DNA of 64,000 nucleotides from an uncultured Candidatus Melainabacteria bacterium (GTDB lineage: Bacteria; Cyanobacteriota; Vampirovibrionia; Gastranaerophilales; Gastranaerophilaceae). The stretch lies in contig CATNBA010000004.1 in the NCBI GenBank assembly GCA_950096985.1, forward strand, positions 5,618 to 69,617, read 5' to 3'. The notes beneath the pieces were generated by a model, which saw only the letters and a list, made by a program, of their open reading frames with translations, did not search any database and was not told where the DNA came from. The position numbers and the translations under genes were made by a program. The number at the start of each line of letters is the position of its first letter. The stretch's first letter is position 1. Shown one piece after another: positions 38,613 to 48,658 of the stretch.

Positions 38613-39914
38613 TTATTTTGAAATTCTGCCTGGAACAACTACTCCGCCTTTTAAATTCTTTTTGTAGAATTCTACGTGTGGCTGCAATACGCTGTCCAAA
38701 ACTTCTGGAAATTCTGTTCCTGACATAATTTTTTCAACGATTTCCTGGTAAACTGTTGCAAATGCTCTTAATTGAGTTAATGCGCCTGCTGCAGCAGGAG
38801 TTAAGCCCATACCTGATGTATTTGCAGTTTCAAGGAAGAAGTTTCCTGAAACTTCATAAGATTTTGTCAAAGCATCAATGTAGCTTTCTGCATTTTCTCT
38901 GCAAACACCGTTATCTTGAGGTACAGTTAAGGCAAAAGCAAGTTTGTTAGCAGGGTTAAAGTGAGCCTCTGCTGAATGGTGCATTGCATCAGGAACTTTT
39001 GCAACCTGTTTCAATGTATCTTTAACAGATTCGTTTTGCATTTGTGCGTGCCAGTATACTGTGTTTTCAAAGATTGAACCCATATACTGGTGAACTGAAG
39101 CTTCTGTTCCGTTCATTTTTGCATCTGCCCAGAAAATACCTTCTTTTAATGCATCGTTGATTGACAAGTCAGCTGTTAAAGATTCTGTTGAAATTTCTTG
39201 AGCTGAATTTAGCATTGTAATCATATCTTCTTTTTTCATTCCTGCGTAAGCAAGTGTGAACAAAGCGTGATCGTCAAATGCTGAAAAACGTCCGCCAACA
39301 TCATCATGGATGTAAAGGTCGCCGAGCCAGCCGTTTTCGTTAGAAGTTCTTCTAAGTTCGCTTTTTTCAGCGTTAGCATCAGTTACTGCAATAAAGTGTT
39401 TGTTTGCTGATTTTACAGCTTCTTCTTCTGATTGTCCTTTCGCAATGTATGCATCTTTCAACATTTCCAAAACTCTTAAGAAACCATCTTTAGTTTCAAA
39501 AGTTGAGCCTGATTTTGATGCGATAAGGTAGTTTGATGATAAAACGTCATCGCCTAATCTGTATAAAAATCTTTCTAAGCTTGCACTGTCAACATCTGAA
39601 TAAAATTCTATGCAATCGCCTTTTACGTTCAAACCGTTAATTGAAAGCATGTGTTCAACAGTATGTTTTGAACCGCCGATACCCATAACGCTTAATTTTG
39701 AAACGCTTGTAGCTGATTTTAAACTTTCAGCCAATTCATAAATTTCATCAACTCTTTTAGCTTGTTCTGACGGTAGGTTTACCCAGTTTAAGAATTGTCC
39801 TTTTTTGTTAGCACGTGATGAGAATTCGTTTACAAATTCTGAAATTTTTGAAGAATATTTGCCGAAATCAACACCTGAGAATTTTACTGTAACATTTGAA
39901 TTTTTGGTCAACAT
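38613..39914 (-). CDS. pgi: Glucose-6-phosphate isomerase (divergent)
   Basis: GIGGS, SKSGSTFET, VGGRFSAF, QPHVEFYK. Confidence 0.8.
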   Translation of the reverse strand: MLTKNSNVTVKFSGVDFGKYSSKISEFVNEFSSRANKKGQFLNWVNLPSEQAKRVDEIYELAESLKSATSVSKLSVMGIGGSKHTVEHMLSINGLNVKGDCIEFYSDVDSASLERFLYRLGDDVLSSNYLIASKSGSTFETKDGFLRVLEMLKDAYIAKGQSEEEAVKSANKHFIAVTDANAEKSELRRTSNENGWLGDLYIHDDVGGRFSAFDDHALFTLAYAGMKKEDMITMLNSAQEISTESLTADLSINDALKEGIFWADAKMNGTEASVHQYMGSIFENTVYWHAQMQNESVKDTLKQVAKVPDAMHHSAEAHFNPANKLAFALTVPQDNGVCRENAESYIDALTKSYEVSGNFFLETANTSGMGLTPAAAGALTQLRAFATVYQEIVEKIMSGTEFPEVLDSVLQPHVEFYKKNLKGGVVVPGRISK

Positions 39915-40057
39915 AATAGTCCCTTTCTTTTTTAGTAATATTTTACTATAAAAATATATTTTAGGATTTATTTGTTGGCAAATCAACTGTAAATCCCTGA
40001 AAACTTATTTAAATCTTTATATATATAACTTACATATATCAAAAGTTACACTTAAAT

Positions 40058-40786
40058 TTATTTTTCAAATGCTATAATTATTGCATAAGTTTTTGAAACA
40101 GAAGTTTTGTTTGAGGTTTTATAACAGGTATTTATTGCAAAAAGTTTGTCTTTTTGGGGTGAGATTTTACCTTGTTTTATAATAATACCCTTTTGAGCCT
40201 TTATGCCTGAGGTTGGAATATTTGAAGTAAAATTTGTTTTTGGATTTATAAATATTTCTGTATCAAGTTCTTTATCATTAATCGGTGCTGATGCTTGAAT
40301 TATTTTGAAATTTACTTCTTCATTCTCATACGGAATTTCAAAATATACCGTGTTGTATGTGTTAGGCTCTATTGAAGTATCCGGAATAACCAAATATTTC
40401 CCTGTTTTTTTATTTTCTATTTCATTATATGCTTTGATTAAATATGTGTGTTTACTTTTTGTTATAAAATCAGGATTTTCAAGTGTAATGAGTTGATAAG
40501 GACATTTTTCACCGCAGGCAAAACCGCACGTAAGTCCCGGGGAATGTTTAAAGAAATAATAGCCAATCCCTGTTAAAGCACCTAGTCCGCCGAAAATAGA
40601 CCCTAAAGTTATTGCAGTTACAGCTCCGTCACTCAATCCGCGGTGAGACTTTGAACTTTCTTCACCGCCACCGCCTGCGGGAACCTGAGTTACCTCTATT
40701 TCAAAAGAATTACTGCTATCTGTAACGGCACTGAAAACAGGCGAAATTAAAAAAGCTAATAAAGCTATACAAAATAATTTCTTCAT
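40058..40786 (-). CDS. Exported membrane-anchored protein next to the pilus locus
   Basis: Signal peptide, internal TM (GAVTAITLGSIFGGLGALTGIGYYFF), CGFACGEKCP motif; ATGA overlap with upstream gene. Confidence 0.7.
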   Translation of the reverse strand: MKKLFCIALLAFLISPVFSAVTDSSNSFEIEVTQVPAGGGGEESSKSHRGLSDGAVTAITLGSIFGGLGALTGIGYYFFKHSPGLTCGFACGEKCPYQLITLENPDFITKSKHTYLIKAYNEIENKKTGKYLVIPDTSIEPNTYNTVYFEIPYENEEVNFKIIQASAPINDKELDTEIFINPKTNFTSNIPTSGIKAQKGIIIKQGKISPQKDKLFAINTCYKTSNKTSVSKTYAIIIAFEK

Positions 40787-41259
40787 ATTCCACCTACCGT
40801 AAAAACGAGCGTTCCTCTATATAATCCCAGTACAGAATCAGGTTTTACGTTAACATAAGGTGTAAATACATCTGTTATTACATGGTCATAAGGATTTGAA
40901 ATTGTTTGAGAAGTTGGAATGACCGAAAGATTTGCCTGAGAAAAGTTATATAATCCGTCTTTATGGTTTAATTCTTTGAACAACGCAGAAACTATTACGG
41001 GTGATGAAGCATTTGTGTGCAGTTTAACCTTAACCGGACTTAGTCTGAGGCTAAGATTGTTGGCATTTACGGGAGTTGTTTCTTTAATTATCATATTTGG
41101 CATCGGTTCATCTCTGTTGTATTCAATATTTTCAACAATAATTTTTTCTATTTCAAGGATTTGCGGCAATTCGCTGTATAAAACCTGAGATGCTTGCTGC
41201 GCCCCAAAGCTTTTACCATAAAAACAGAATAAACAAAGAAAAATAATCAATCCTCTCAT
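40783..41259 (-). CDS. Exported pilin-subunit-like protein
   Basis: Signal peptide; C-terminal GLYRGTLVFTV strand resembling chaperone-usher subunits. Confidence 0.55.
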   Translation of the reverse strand: MRGLIIFLCLFCFYGKSFGAQQASQVLYSELPQILEIEKIIVENIEYNRDEPMPNMIIKETTPVNANNLSLRLSPVKVKLHTNASSPVIVSALFKELNHKDGLYNFSQANLSVIPTSQTISNPYDHVITDVFTPYVNVKPDSVLGLYRGTLVFTVGGI

Positions 41260-41379
41260 AGAGAAAGTTTATATTTATCAAAAAAAATAAATAATACCCG
41301 TTAAGATATAAAAATAACGCCAACTTGTCCAAACAGAAGGGTAATATAAACTTTTGTTTAAATAACATAAATTTTTGGT

Positions 41380-42270
41380 ATGAAAAAAATATTACTCTTT
41401 ATAATATTTTTTATAATTGCCTTGTATGATACTGCCTACAGTGCTGTAAGTGTTCAAAGTACGGGCGGTACAACTGTTGCATCAACACAGATTTCTACGC
41501 CTATTCAAATGACGGTTAATGACTTGATTTCACTTACTCTTACGGTAAACGTAAAAGCTCTTGATCAATATATAACAAATACTTCAAATTCTTCTTACAG
41601 AATACCGGTTTCACAGCTATATCTGAATGATGGTACAAATGAATTTCAGATGATATATAACACAAATGTTACTACAATAAATGGAATTTTAATTAATGTA
41701 GGTGGATACTCAAGAAACTACAATTGTATTGTGAAGAATATCGGGGTTTTACCACCGGGAACTTATACAACACGTCTGCAATTTAACACAAATACAACAC
41801 TTTCGCCTGCATCAGTTGTTTATACATTAAGTTTTACAATTCCGTTAACACAGAATATCTCAAGTGTGACAAATCCTGTAAATATAACACTTACACCGGA
41901 CAATGTTTTTGATGGAACAGCAATTGTCGAGAACACAACAACTCCGCAAATAGTAGTTCAATCTAACGGAACATGGAAACTTGTTTTAAATACAGCCAAT
42001 ATAGGTACTCTGCCTGCAAATTACTATTTTTTAATCACAGGAGTTTCATCCCATGTAACAAATTATATTACATCGCAAACACAACTTCAGCCAAATCAAC
42101 AGTATACACTTGCTTCGGGCACGGCAACGGTTTCAACTCCTGTTACGGGAAGTTACACTAATGATTATATAAACATAAAATATTTTCTCAAAAATACATC
42201 AGGAACTTATATTCCTGAAGGTACTTACAATAATTATTTGAATTATACGATACAAAGCGGAGACACGTAA
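41380..42270 (+). CDS. Two-domain exported adhesin-like pilus subunit
   Basis: Signal peptide; Thr/Asn/Ser-rich beta sequence; two GTY strands (PPGTYTTRLQF, PEGTYNNYLNYTI). Confidence 0.6.
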   Translation: MKKILLFIIFFIIALYDTAYSAVSVQSTGGTTVASTQISTPIQMTVNDLISLTLTVNVKALDQYITNTSNSSYRIPVSQLYLNDGTNEFQMIYNTNVTTINGILINVGGYSRNYNCIVKNIGVLPPGTYTTRLQFNTNTTLSPASVVYTLSFTIPLTQNISSVTNPVNITLTPDNVFDGTAIVENTTTPQIVVQSNGTWKLVLNTANIGTLPANYYFLITGVSSHVTNYITSQTQLQPNQQYTLASGTATVSTPVTGSYTNDYINIKYFLKNTSGTYIPEGTYNNYLNYTIQSGDT

Positions 42271-43104
42271 ATGAAAAAATTTTATTTAACTTTGTTAACT
42301 TTATTATTAATGACATTTTTGAGTGCAAATGCAGCTATCAAGGTTACGCCAACCATCTTGGAGCTTAATGCAAATGATGCAAGAGGAGATTACTTAACCG
42401 CTTCCATTGATATTCAGGGAGGCAGCAACGAATTAATACGTTTCAAAATTTATCCAGAATATTTCAAAATCTCACAGCAAGGTACTATGGATATTATAGA
42501 AAACTCGCAGGAAGCAGATTATTTAATCAAAAATGTTAGATTTGTGCCAAACGAATTTACACTTGAAAACGGTAGAACACAAAAAGTAAGATTAACTGTT
42601 TCAAACTTAAAATCAATGCCTGACGGCGAATCCAGAATGGTTTTGTTTTTGGAAGATGTTGATGCAAAAGAAGTTTATCTGCCATCTGGCAAAAAAGATG
42701 TTTCTACAAAACTCATTGTAAAAACTCGTGTGGGAATTCCTGTTTATGTTGATAAAGGTCGCTTTGTAAAATGTGCACAAATCGAAAAGTTTGATATTGA
42801 AAAGAAAAATAACGAGATTAAAACCGCACTCAAACTTGTTTCTTCGGGAAACAGCAAAGTTCGCTATACAGGTAAGGCACAAATTATTAAAGACAAAAAG
42901 CTTATTGGAGAATATCCTGTAAAAAGTAGTGTTGTTAGCGCTAATAATGTACTTTTTACAAATGATACAATTCCCCTTAATGATATTCAGGAAAACGGTA
43001 ATTACACTTTACGTTTAATTCTTCAATACACAGATGAGAAAGGAAAGTTAAAAAATATAATAAAAGAAAATCAATTTACAATTGATGGTATTACACAAAT
43101 ATAG
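42271..43104 (+). CDS. Fimbrial chaperone-like protein (PapD-like)
   Basis: IKVTPTILEL, PNEFTLENGRTQKVRL, GESRMVLFLEDV, RVGIPVYV, SGNSKVR. Confidence 0.7.
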   Translation: MKKFYLTLLTLLLMTFLSANAAIKVTPTILELNANDARGDYLTASIDIQGGSNELIRFKIYPEYFKISQQGTMDIIENSQEADYLIKNVRFVPNEFTLENGRTQKVRLTVSNLKSMPDGESRMVLFLEDVDAKEVYLPSGKKDVSTKLIVKTRVGIPVYVDKGRFVKCAQIEKFDIEKKNNEIKTALKLVSSGNSKVRYTGKAQIIKDKKLIGEYPVKSSVVSANNVLFTNDTIPLNDIQENGNYTLRLILQYTDEKGKLKNIIKENQFTIDGITQI

Positions 43105-43120
43105 AAGAAGGAGGAAAAAC

Positions 43121-43747
43121 ATGATTAACAAAAAATTGGCAGGTTTAATGATTTTGCCTGCAATGCTTGGGGCAATGAATATGTCTCACGCAATTTCAAA
43201 TACTGCATCGCAAACCTTGCAGGCAACACTTGGCACTTATCTTGATATTACGGCACAAACATCAGGTGCTGTAACCACAACAACAATTGCACCGGATACA
43301 GGCAACCTTGCGGCAGCACTTGTTTCAAAATTTCAGGTAAATTTAAATACTGACAGCCAGCAATTGTATTTACAAGCAACAACGGCTGGTGCAGCAGGTA
43401 ATGTTAACGCACTATTCCAACAGGGAAGTCAGGTTTATGCAGTATTTTCAAACACTGCATCTGGGAAACTCCCGACAGCCGCTGCTATAACTGATTGTAA
43501 ATCGGCTACACCGACAGCCGCAAATAACGCAAATGCTATTGCATATCCTATTGCAAGCGTAGCTTTAACTAACAGCGGAACATCTACTTATGATGCTACA
43601 AAAAATCAATATAATGTTACCGTAAATGGCGGCACAACAATCGCAACTACTACAACAGGCACAGCACCTTACGCAAACACATATTCTTTTGCCGATAATG
43701 CAGGAACTTATCAGGCAATTATGACACTTACATCAACAACTTTATAG
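43121..43747 (+). CDS. Pilin subunit 1 (chaperone-usher type)
   Basis: AGGAGG RBS; signal peptide; NNANAIAYP; C-terminal AGTYQAIMTLT. Confidence 0.65.
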   Translation: MINKKLAGLMILPAMLGAMNMSHAISNTASQTLQATLGTYLDITAQTSGAVTTTTIAPDTGNLAAALVSKFQVNLNTDSQQLYLQATTAGAAGNVNALFQQGSQVYAVFSNTASGKLPTAAAITDCKSATPTAANNANAIAYPIASVALTNSGTSTYDATKNQYNVTVNGGTTIATTTTGTAPYANTYSFADNAGTYQAIMTLTSTTL

Positions 43748-43755
43748 GTGCAAAA

Positions 43756-44379
43756 TTGCGGATAAAATTACTTTTAATTTGTATCTTATTATTTGAGAAT
43801 GTTTGTTTTGGAGCAACAACGTTTCAGCATACACTCACCACAACAGTTCCTGCTTCGGTAAATGTTACGGCAATTAATTCTGCCGCCGCAACAGGAACTA
43901 TTGATGCATCAACGGGGAATTCATCTTCCCCGTCAGCATCTTTCAGATTGCAAACAAATGGAGCTGACACAAATTATACCTACGTTGTTCAGGCAAAACT
44001 GCTTGTCAGTGCAGGCAATCAACAAAATGCTTATGCTCAAATTGGCGGTAACGGGTATATTCTTTTAGGCAACAACTCCACTTATCCCACACCAGCGGCG
44101 GTAAATAACATTACTGGGGGCACGCCGACTTCCGGGAACAATGCAAACGTGATAGCTTATCCTGTTACAAATTCGCTTACAAACCTTTCATCAGCTACTC
44201 TTACAAATAATGCTGCATATGGAGGACTTTGTTACATTGTAAAAACAGGAACTTCAAAAGATGGTACGCTTACGCAAACTGTCGGAGCGGCTCCGCTTGC
44301 AAATACGTATTCTCTTTCTAATGACCGTGCAGGTGTTTATCAGGCAGTAGTAACTTTTAGCGCAAATAGGAACCCTTAA
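43756..44379 (+). CDS. Pilin subunit 2 (paralogue of subunit 1)
   Basis: Signal peptide; NNANVIAYP; C-terminal AGVYQAVVTFS. Confidence 0.65.
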   Translation: MRIKLLLICILLFENVCFGATTFQHTLTTTVPASVNVTAINSAAATGTIDASTGNSSSPSASFRLQTNGADTNYTYVVQAKLLVSAGNQQNAYAQIGGNGYILLGNNSTYPTPAAVNNITGGTPTSGNNANVIAYPVTNSLTNLSSATLTNNAAYGGLCYIVKTGTSKDGTLTQTVGAAPLANTYSLSNDRAGVYQAVVTFSANRNP

Positions 44380-44382
44380 GAA

Positions 44383-47358
44383 GTGAAAAAGCTTTTAGTG
44401 ATTTTTATAGCTCTAATAATATGTCTGCCTTGTTTTGCTGCTCAAAATAATGAAACAATAATTTCTTATATCAATTTAAACAATACAGGTTTTTATGATA
44501 TTGAAATTATGCTTACAAAAGAGGATAAAATTCTTCTTCCGTTCAAACAAATGGCTGAAATTTTTGAAGTTAAGGTTAAAACAAACCACGCAACAAAAGA
44601 AATCGATTTTGAAACATCAGATGGCAAAAAAGGTCGTATAGGTTTGCACTATATTAAGTTTGATGGCAAAAACATCTCATCAGAAAAGAACTTGTATATT
44701 AAAAGCGGTCTTATGGAAGATATAAAAGATGAGATTTATTGCGATGAAAATGATTTGAGTTTAATTTTCGAATCTGAAATTCAAACAGATAAAAACGACT
44801 TGTCAATAATAGCAAATACAACCAGAAATCTTGAACTTTTGAAGGCGTCTGTTCAAGAGGCTGATTGTTCACTACCAAAAATCAGAGCTTATTCAAATGT
44901 ACTTAAACCTGATAAAGAAAGAAAATTTCAGTTTGAATCAGTATCTGTGAATAACAATACAATGAGCGATACAATTTCGCAGTATTTTATAAATGGAACA
45001 CAAAAAAATGTTTTTTTTAACAACAATTCACAAGTTATTCTTAAAGGTAAAGCCTATGGCGGAGATTTAAATCTTGATTTAAATACTTATAATTATAAAG
45101 GTGAACTTTTTTCATTCGGCGGTTTAGGGTTTAAGTATTACAAAAATCATAAAGGTTATGACTATGAACTAGGACGTATACGTGGGATTAGAGAGGATAA
45201 TTACACAATCGGGAATCAAATGCTCGGTGCACAAATAAGCAACTATGAATTTAAACCGAAACAATATCGTGAGCTTAACGGGTATGTTGCAAAAGACAGT
45301 CTTGTAAAAGTTTATATAAACGGGGAAGAAAATTCTACATTAAGCACTTATGACGGATATTATTCGCTTGCCAATCTTTATCTTAACGAAAATCCAAAAT
45401 CTATAAAACTTGAAGAATTAAAGGCTGACGGTACAACAGAAATAATTTATGAAAAAACTTATCCGAAATACCTGAATATGCCCTCTGAAAAACAAAAAAA
45501 GTATTCAGTATTTGGCGGAGTAACTGGTTATAACAACAAGCTTTTTAATACAAACGGCTATATTTATGACATGAACACAAAAAAGTTCCTGCTTGCAGGT
45601 GAATATGAATACGGGATTAAGGAGAATTTAAAATTTAATTCAAAATTGAGTGTTGATAAAATATACTCGCAGCCCAAAAATGCAATTTGGCAAAATATTT
45701 ATTCAACTGATGCGCTTTTAACCTCGGGAACCTGGAAAAATCCTAACAATCTTGAAGGAATTACAAGCTTAAATGCTTTTGAATATATTAAAAACGACAA
45801 TTTGAAATCAAAACTTATAATTGGCGCTAGCGGTGCACGTGATATAAGTCTTAATAACGAATATCAGGGCGGTTATACACTTTCTGGTGAAACAGTTTAT
45901 ACAAAAGATAATTACACACTGAAAGCAGGACTTTTTAACACATCTTCTGATTTCTATCTTGCTGGCGGGGATGGAAGTTATTATAATGACAGAACCGGTG
46001 GCTTTGTAAACGGGTCAATATCAGGCAAAAACAGCGGTATTGACGGAACTTACAAAAAATATTTTTCAAATAATGCAAAGCGATTTGAAGGCGGTTTAAT
46101 AGATTTTGATGAATACAGTCTTGGTGTTCACAAAACCTTTGAAAAAATTTGCGATGTAAGATTTAATATAACGGGCAGAGAGGGAAGCAATTCAATTGCT
46201 GAAAACAAGAGTTATTATTATGATTTGAATTTTTCAAAAAGGATTAACGGAAACTTAAATTTTCAAGCCGGTAAAACAGAAAGCAACTATCAAACAACTT
46301 ATGAAGAAAACTCACAAGGATATACTGGATTTAAATCTTTATATTCAACAATTTACCTAAAAAGTGATTACAAATTGCCTAAAAATATCGGAACAATTTC
46401 TGCAGGACATGATGTTATCAAATACAATTATTCAAATCAAGAAAATCAATACAGCATGATGAAAATCGGTTACACATTCCCTGAAATTAAACGTGTAACT
46501 TTGAGTGTGGGAACGGGTTACAAATATACGGGTTCTGATAAAGGCTTTGATTTTTCGGCAAACCTTGCATACCGAACAAAATCAGGTCGAACAATTAATC
46601 TTAACTACCAATACAATAGAATGGGTGGTTATATAATAAATAACATGTATCTCCCAATGAGCAATAGGCATTCTATAAATATTGTGATGAATGACGCGTT
46701 TGCAGTTCTTCCTTCCGGTTTAAAGTCGGTTGGTTATACTGATGATAACCGAGGTTATGTTACAGCAGTTGCTTATATTGATAAAAATAAAAACGGAAAA
46801 TTTGATAAAGGAGATATACCTGTAAAAGATGTTCCAATAAAGTTTAGTTGGGTTAATGACACTGTTTACACAAACAGAAAAGGAAAAGTTTATCCTACAG
46901 GAACTGATGCTGGAATTTATAATGCAAAGATTAACATTGACAAACTTCCCGCAACACTTTTTATAGATAAAAATGTTGTAAACGAAAAACTTGTCAGAAT
47001 TGATGCTAAAAAAAATACAAGAGTTGAGTTTCCAGTGAAAAGCTGTGTTGGAAACATAACAGGTAAATTAAAAATTATTGATGATTTTGGCAGAACAATA
47101 AATATAAATGATTTTATAGTTGTATTAAACGACGAAAACGGTGAAGAAACTGCCTATAGTACTGTTGATAGTACTGGAGAGTTTAATTTTTCAGGTGTTG
47201 AGCCTGGAAAATATATTGTTAAATTGGATGATTATTTTATCAATACAAATGCACTTGAATATTCGAAAGATAAAAGTGTGTTAACTATTGACATTCCTTA
47301 CGCTTACAAAAAGTTTATTGATATAAATAATTTAGATTTGGAATATAAAATAAACTAA
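44383..47358 (+). CDS. Usher-like outer membrane protein
   Basis: 991 aa; signal peptide; aromatic-rich alternating beta strands; plug-like GYVAKDSLVKVYING...GYYSL; C-terminal DKNKNGKFDKGD and GEFNFSGVEPGKY Ig-like domains. Confidence 0.65.
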   Translation: MKKLLVIFIALIICLPCFAAQNNETIISYINLNNTGFYDIEIMLTKEDKILLPFKQMAEIFEVKVKTNHATKEIDFETSDGKKGRIGLHYIKFDGKNISSEKNLYIKSGLMEDIKDEIYCDENDLSLIFESEIQTDKNDLSIIANTTRNLELLKASVQEADCSLPKIRAYSNVLKPDKERKFQFESVSVNNNTMSDTISQYFINGTQKNVFFNNNSQVILKGKAYGGDLNLDLNTYNYKGELFSFGGLGFKYYKNHKGYDYELGRIRGIREDNYTIGNQMLGAQISNYEFKPKQYRELNGYVAKDSLVKVYINGEENSTLSTYDGYYSLANLYLNENPKSIKLEELKADGTTEIIYEKTYPKYLNMPSEKQKKYSVFGGVTGYNNKLFNTNGYIYDMNTKKFLLAGEYEYGIKENLKFNSKLSVDKIYSQPKNAIWQNIYSTDALLTSGTWKNPNNLEGITSLNAFEYIKNDNLKSKLIIGASGARDISLNNEYQGGYTLSGETVYTKDNYTLKAGLFNTSSDFYLAGGDGSYYNDRTGGFVNGSISGKNSGIDGTYKKYFSNNAKRFEGGLIDFDEYSLGVHKTFEKICDVRFNITGREGSNSIAENKSYYYDLNFSKRINGNLNFQAGKTESNYQTTYEENSQGYTGFKSLYSTIYLKSDYKLPKNIGTISAGHDVIKYNYSNQENQYSMMKIGYTFPEIKRVTLSVGTGYKYTGSDKGFDFSANLAYRTKSGRTINLNYQYNRMGGYIINNMYLPMSNRHSINIVMNDAFAVLPSGLKSVGYTDDNRGYVTAVAYIDKNKNGKFDKGDIPVKDVPIKFSWVNDTVYTNRKGKVYPTGTDAGIYNAKINIDKLPATLFIDKNVVNEKLVRIDAKKNTRVEFPVKSCVGNITGKLKIIDDFGRTININDFIVVLNDENGEETAYSTVDSTGEFNFSGVEPGKYIVKLDDYFINTNALEYSKDKSVLTIDIPYAYKKFIDINNLDLEYKIN

Positions 47359-47407
47359 CTGTTTTGATTGCAACATAAATATCAATATGCTTACTGAAGT
47401 TTAGTGC

Positions 47408-48649
47408 TTATACTATATCATTATGGTGAAAATTTTTTGTTCCATCAACATAATCTTTTACAATATTACCGTTACCGATTAATTTATATTTGTAAATTGT
47501 TAAACCTTCAAGTCCGACAGGTCCTCTGGCATGTGTTTTATTTGTAGAAATCCCGACTTCTGCTCCGAAACCGTATCTGAAACCGTCCGCAAATCTGGTA
47601 GATGCATTAAAATATACACCTGCTGAATCTACTTTGTTCATAAATATTTCTGCATTTTTAATGTTTTTGGTAATTATACTGTCAGTATGACCTGAACCGT
47701 ATGTGTTAATATGTTCGATTGCCTCATCAACGGATTTTACTGTTTTAAACGCAAGAATTTTATCACCGTATTCATGAGCCCAGCTGTCAGGGTCTGCAAC
47801 AAGTTGGATTTCTGATAACTGTAATGCTGCAAGAAGATTGTCTTTGCCTGTAAAATTTTCGTGTATAAGCAATGTTTCAACTGAATTACATGCGCTCGGA
47901 TATTGAGTTTTTGCATCTGTAACAATCTTTATTGCCATTTCAAGGTCTGCAGTTTCATCTGCAAATATATGGCAAATTCCATCAGCGTGACCCAATACAG
48001 GAATTTTAGTATTTTCTTTTATATATTTTACAAGATTGTTGCCGCCGCGGGGGATTATAAGATTAATATATTTATCACATTTGAGCATTTCTGCTACATC
48101 ATCGCGGGTAAAAACTTGCTGTATAACATTTTTGGGAAATCCGTTAACTTTTTCAAGCGCGGAATTAATTACCGACATAATTTTTTTATTGGTATTAATG
48201 CTCTCTTTGCCGCCTTTAAGGATTACTGCGTTAGCTGATTTTATTGCGAGTGATGAAATTTGTGCAATAACATCAGGGCGCGCCTCAAAAATTATTCCCA
48301 AAACTCCGATAGGGCATGAAACTTTGTATAATGTTAAATCGCTGTCCAATTCGCGTACCAAAAGTTTTTTATTAACAGGGTCATCGAGTTTTGCAATATC
48401 ACGAATCCCCTGAACCATATCCCGCATTTTATTTTCATCAAGTTTAAGACGATTGAATGTAGATTTGGAAAGTTCACCTTTTTCTACAAGCTTTTCAGCC
48501 TCGATTAAATCTTGTTTATTAGCTTCAAAAATTTCTTGTTTTTTAGTTTCAATTTCTTCAGCAATTTTTAAAAGTGCCTGATTTTTTAATTCAGTTGACA
48601 AATCAGCAATTTCTAATGAAGCTTTTTTAGCAATTTTAGCGATTTCCAT
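47408..48649 (-). CDS. proA: Gamma-glutamyl phosphate reductase
   Basis: IIFEARP, LKGGKE, IPRGG, ACNSVETLL, HTDSIIT, NASTRFADG, HARGPVGL. Confidence 0.96.
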   Translation of the reverse strand: MEIAKIAKKASLEIADLSTELKNQALLKIAEEIETKKQEIFEANKQDLIEAEKLVEKGELSKSTFNRLKLDENKMRDMVQGIRDIAKLDDPVNKKLLVRELDSDLTLYKVSCPIGVLGIIFEARPDVIAQISSLAIKSANAVILKGGKESINTNKKIMSVINSALEKVNGFPKNVIQQVFTRDDVAEMLKCDKYINLIIPRGGNNLVKYIKENTKIPVLGHADGICHIFADETADLEMAIKIVTDAKTQYPSACNSVETLLIHENFTGKDNLLAALQLSEIQLVADPDSWAHEYGDKILAFKTVKSVDEAIEHINTYGSGHTDSIITKNIKNAEIFMNKVDSAGVYFNASTRFADGFRYGFGAEVGISTNKTHARGPVGLEGLTIYKYKLIGNGNIVKDYVDGTKNFHHNDIV

Positions 48650-48658
48650 ATTATCTCC

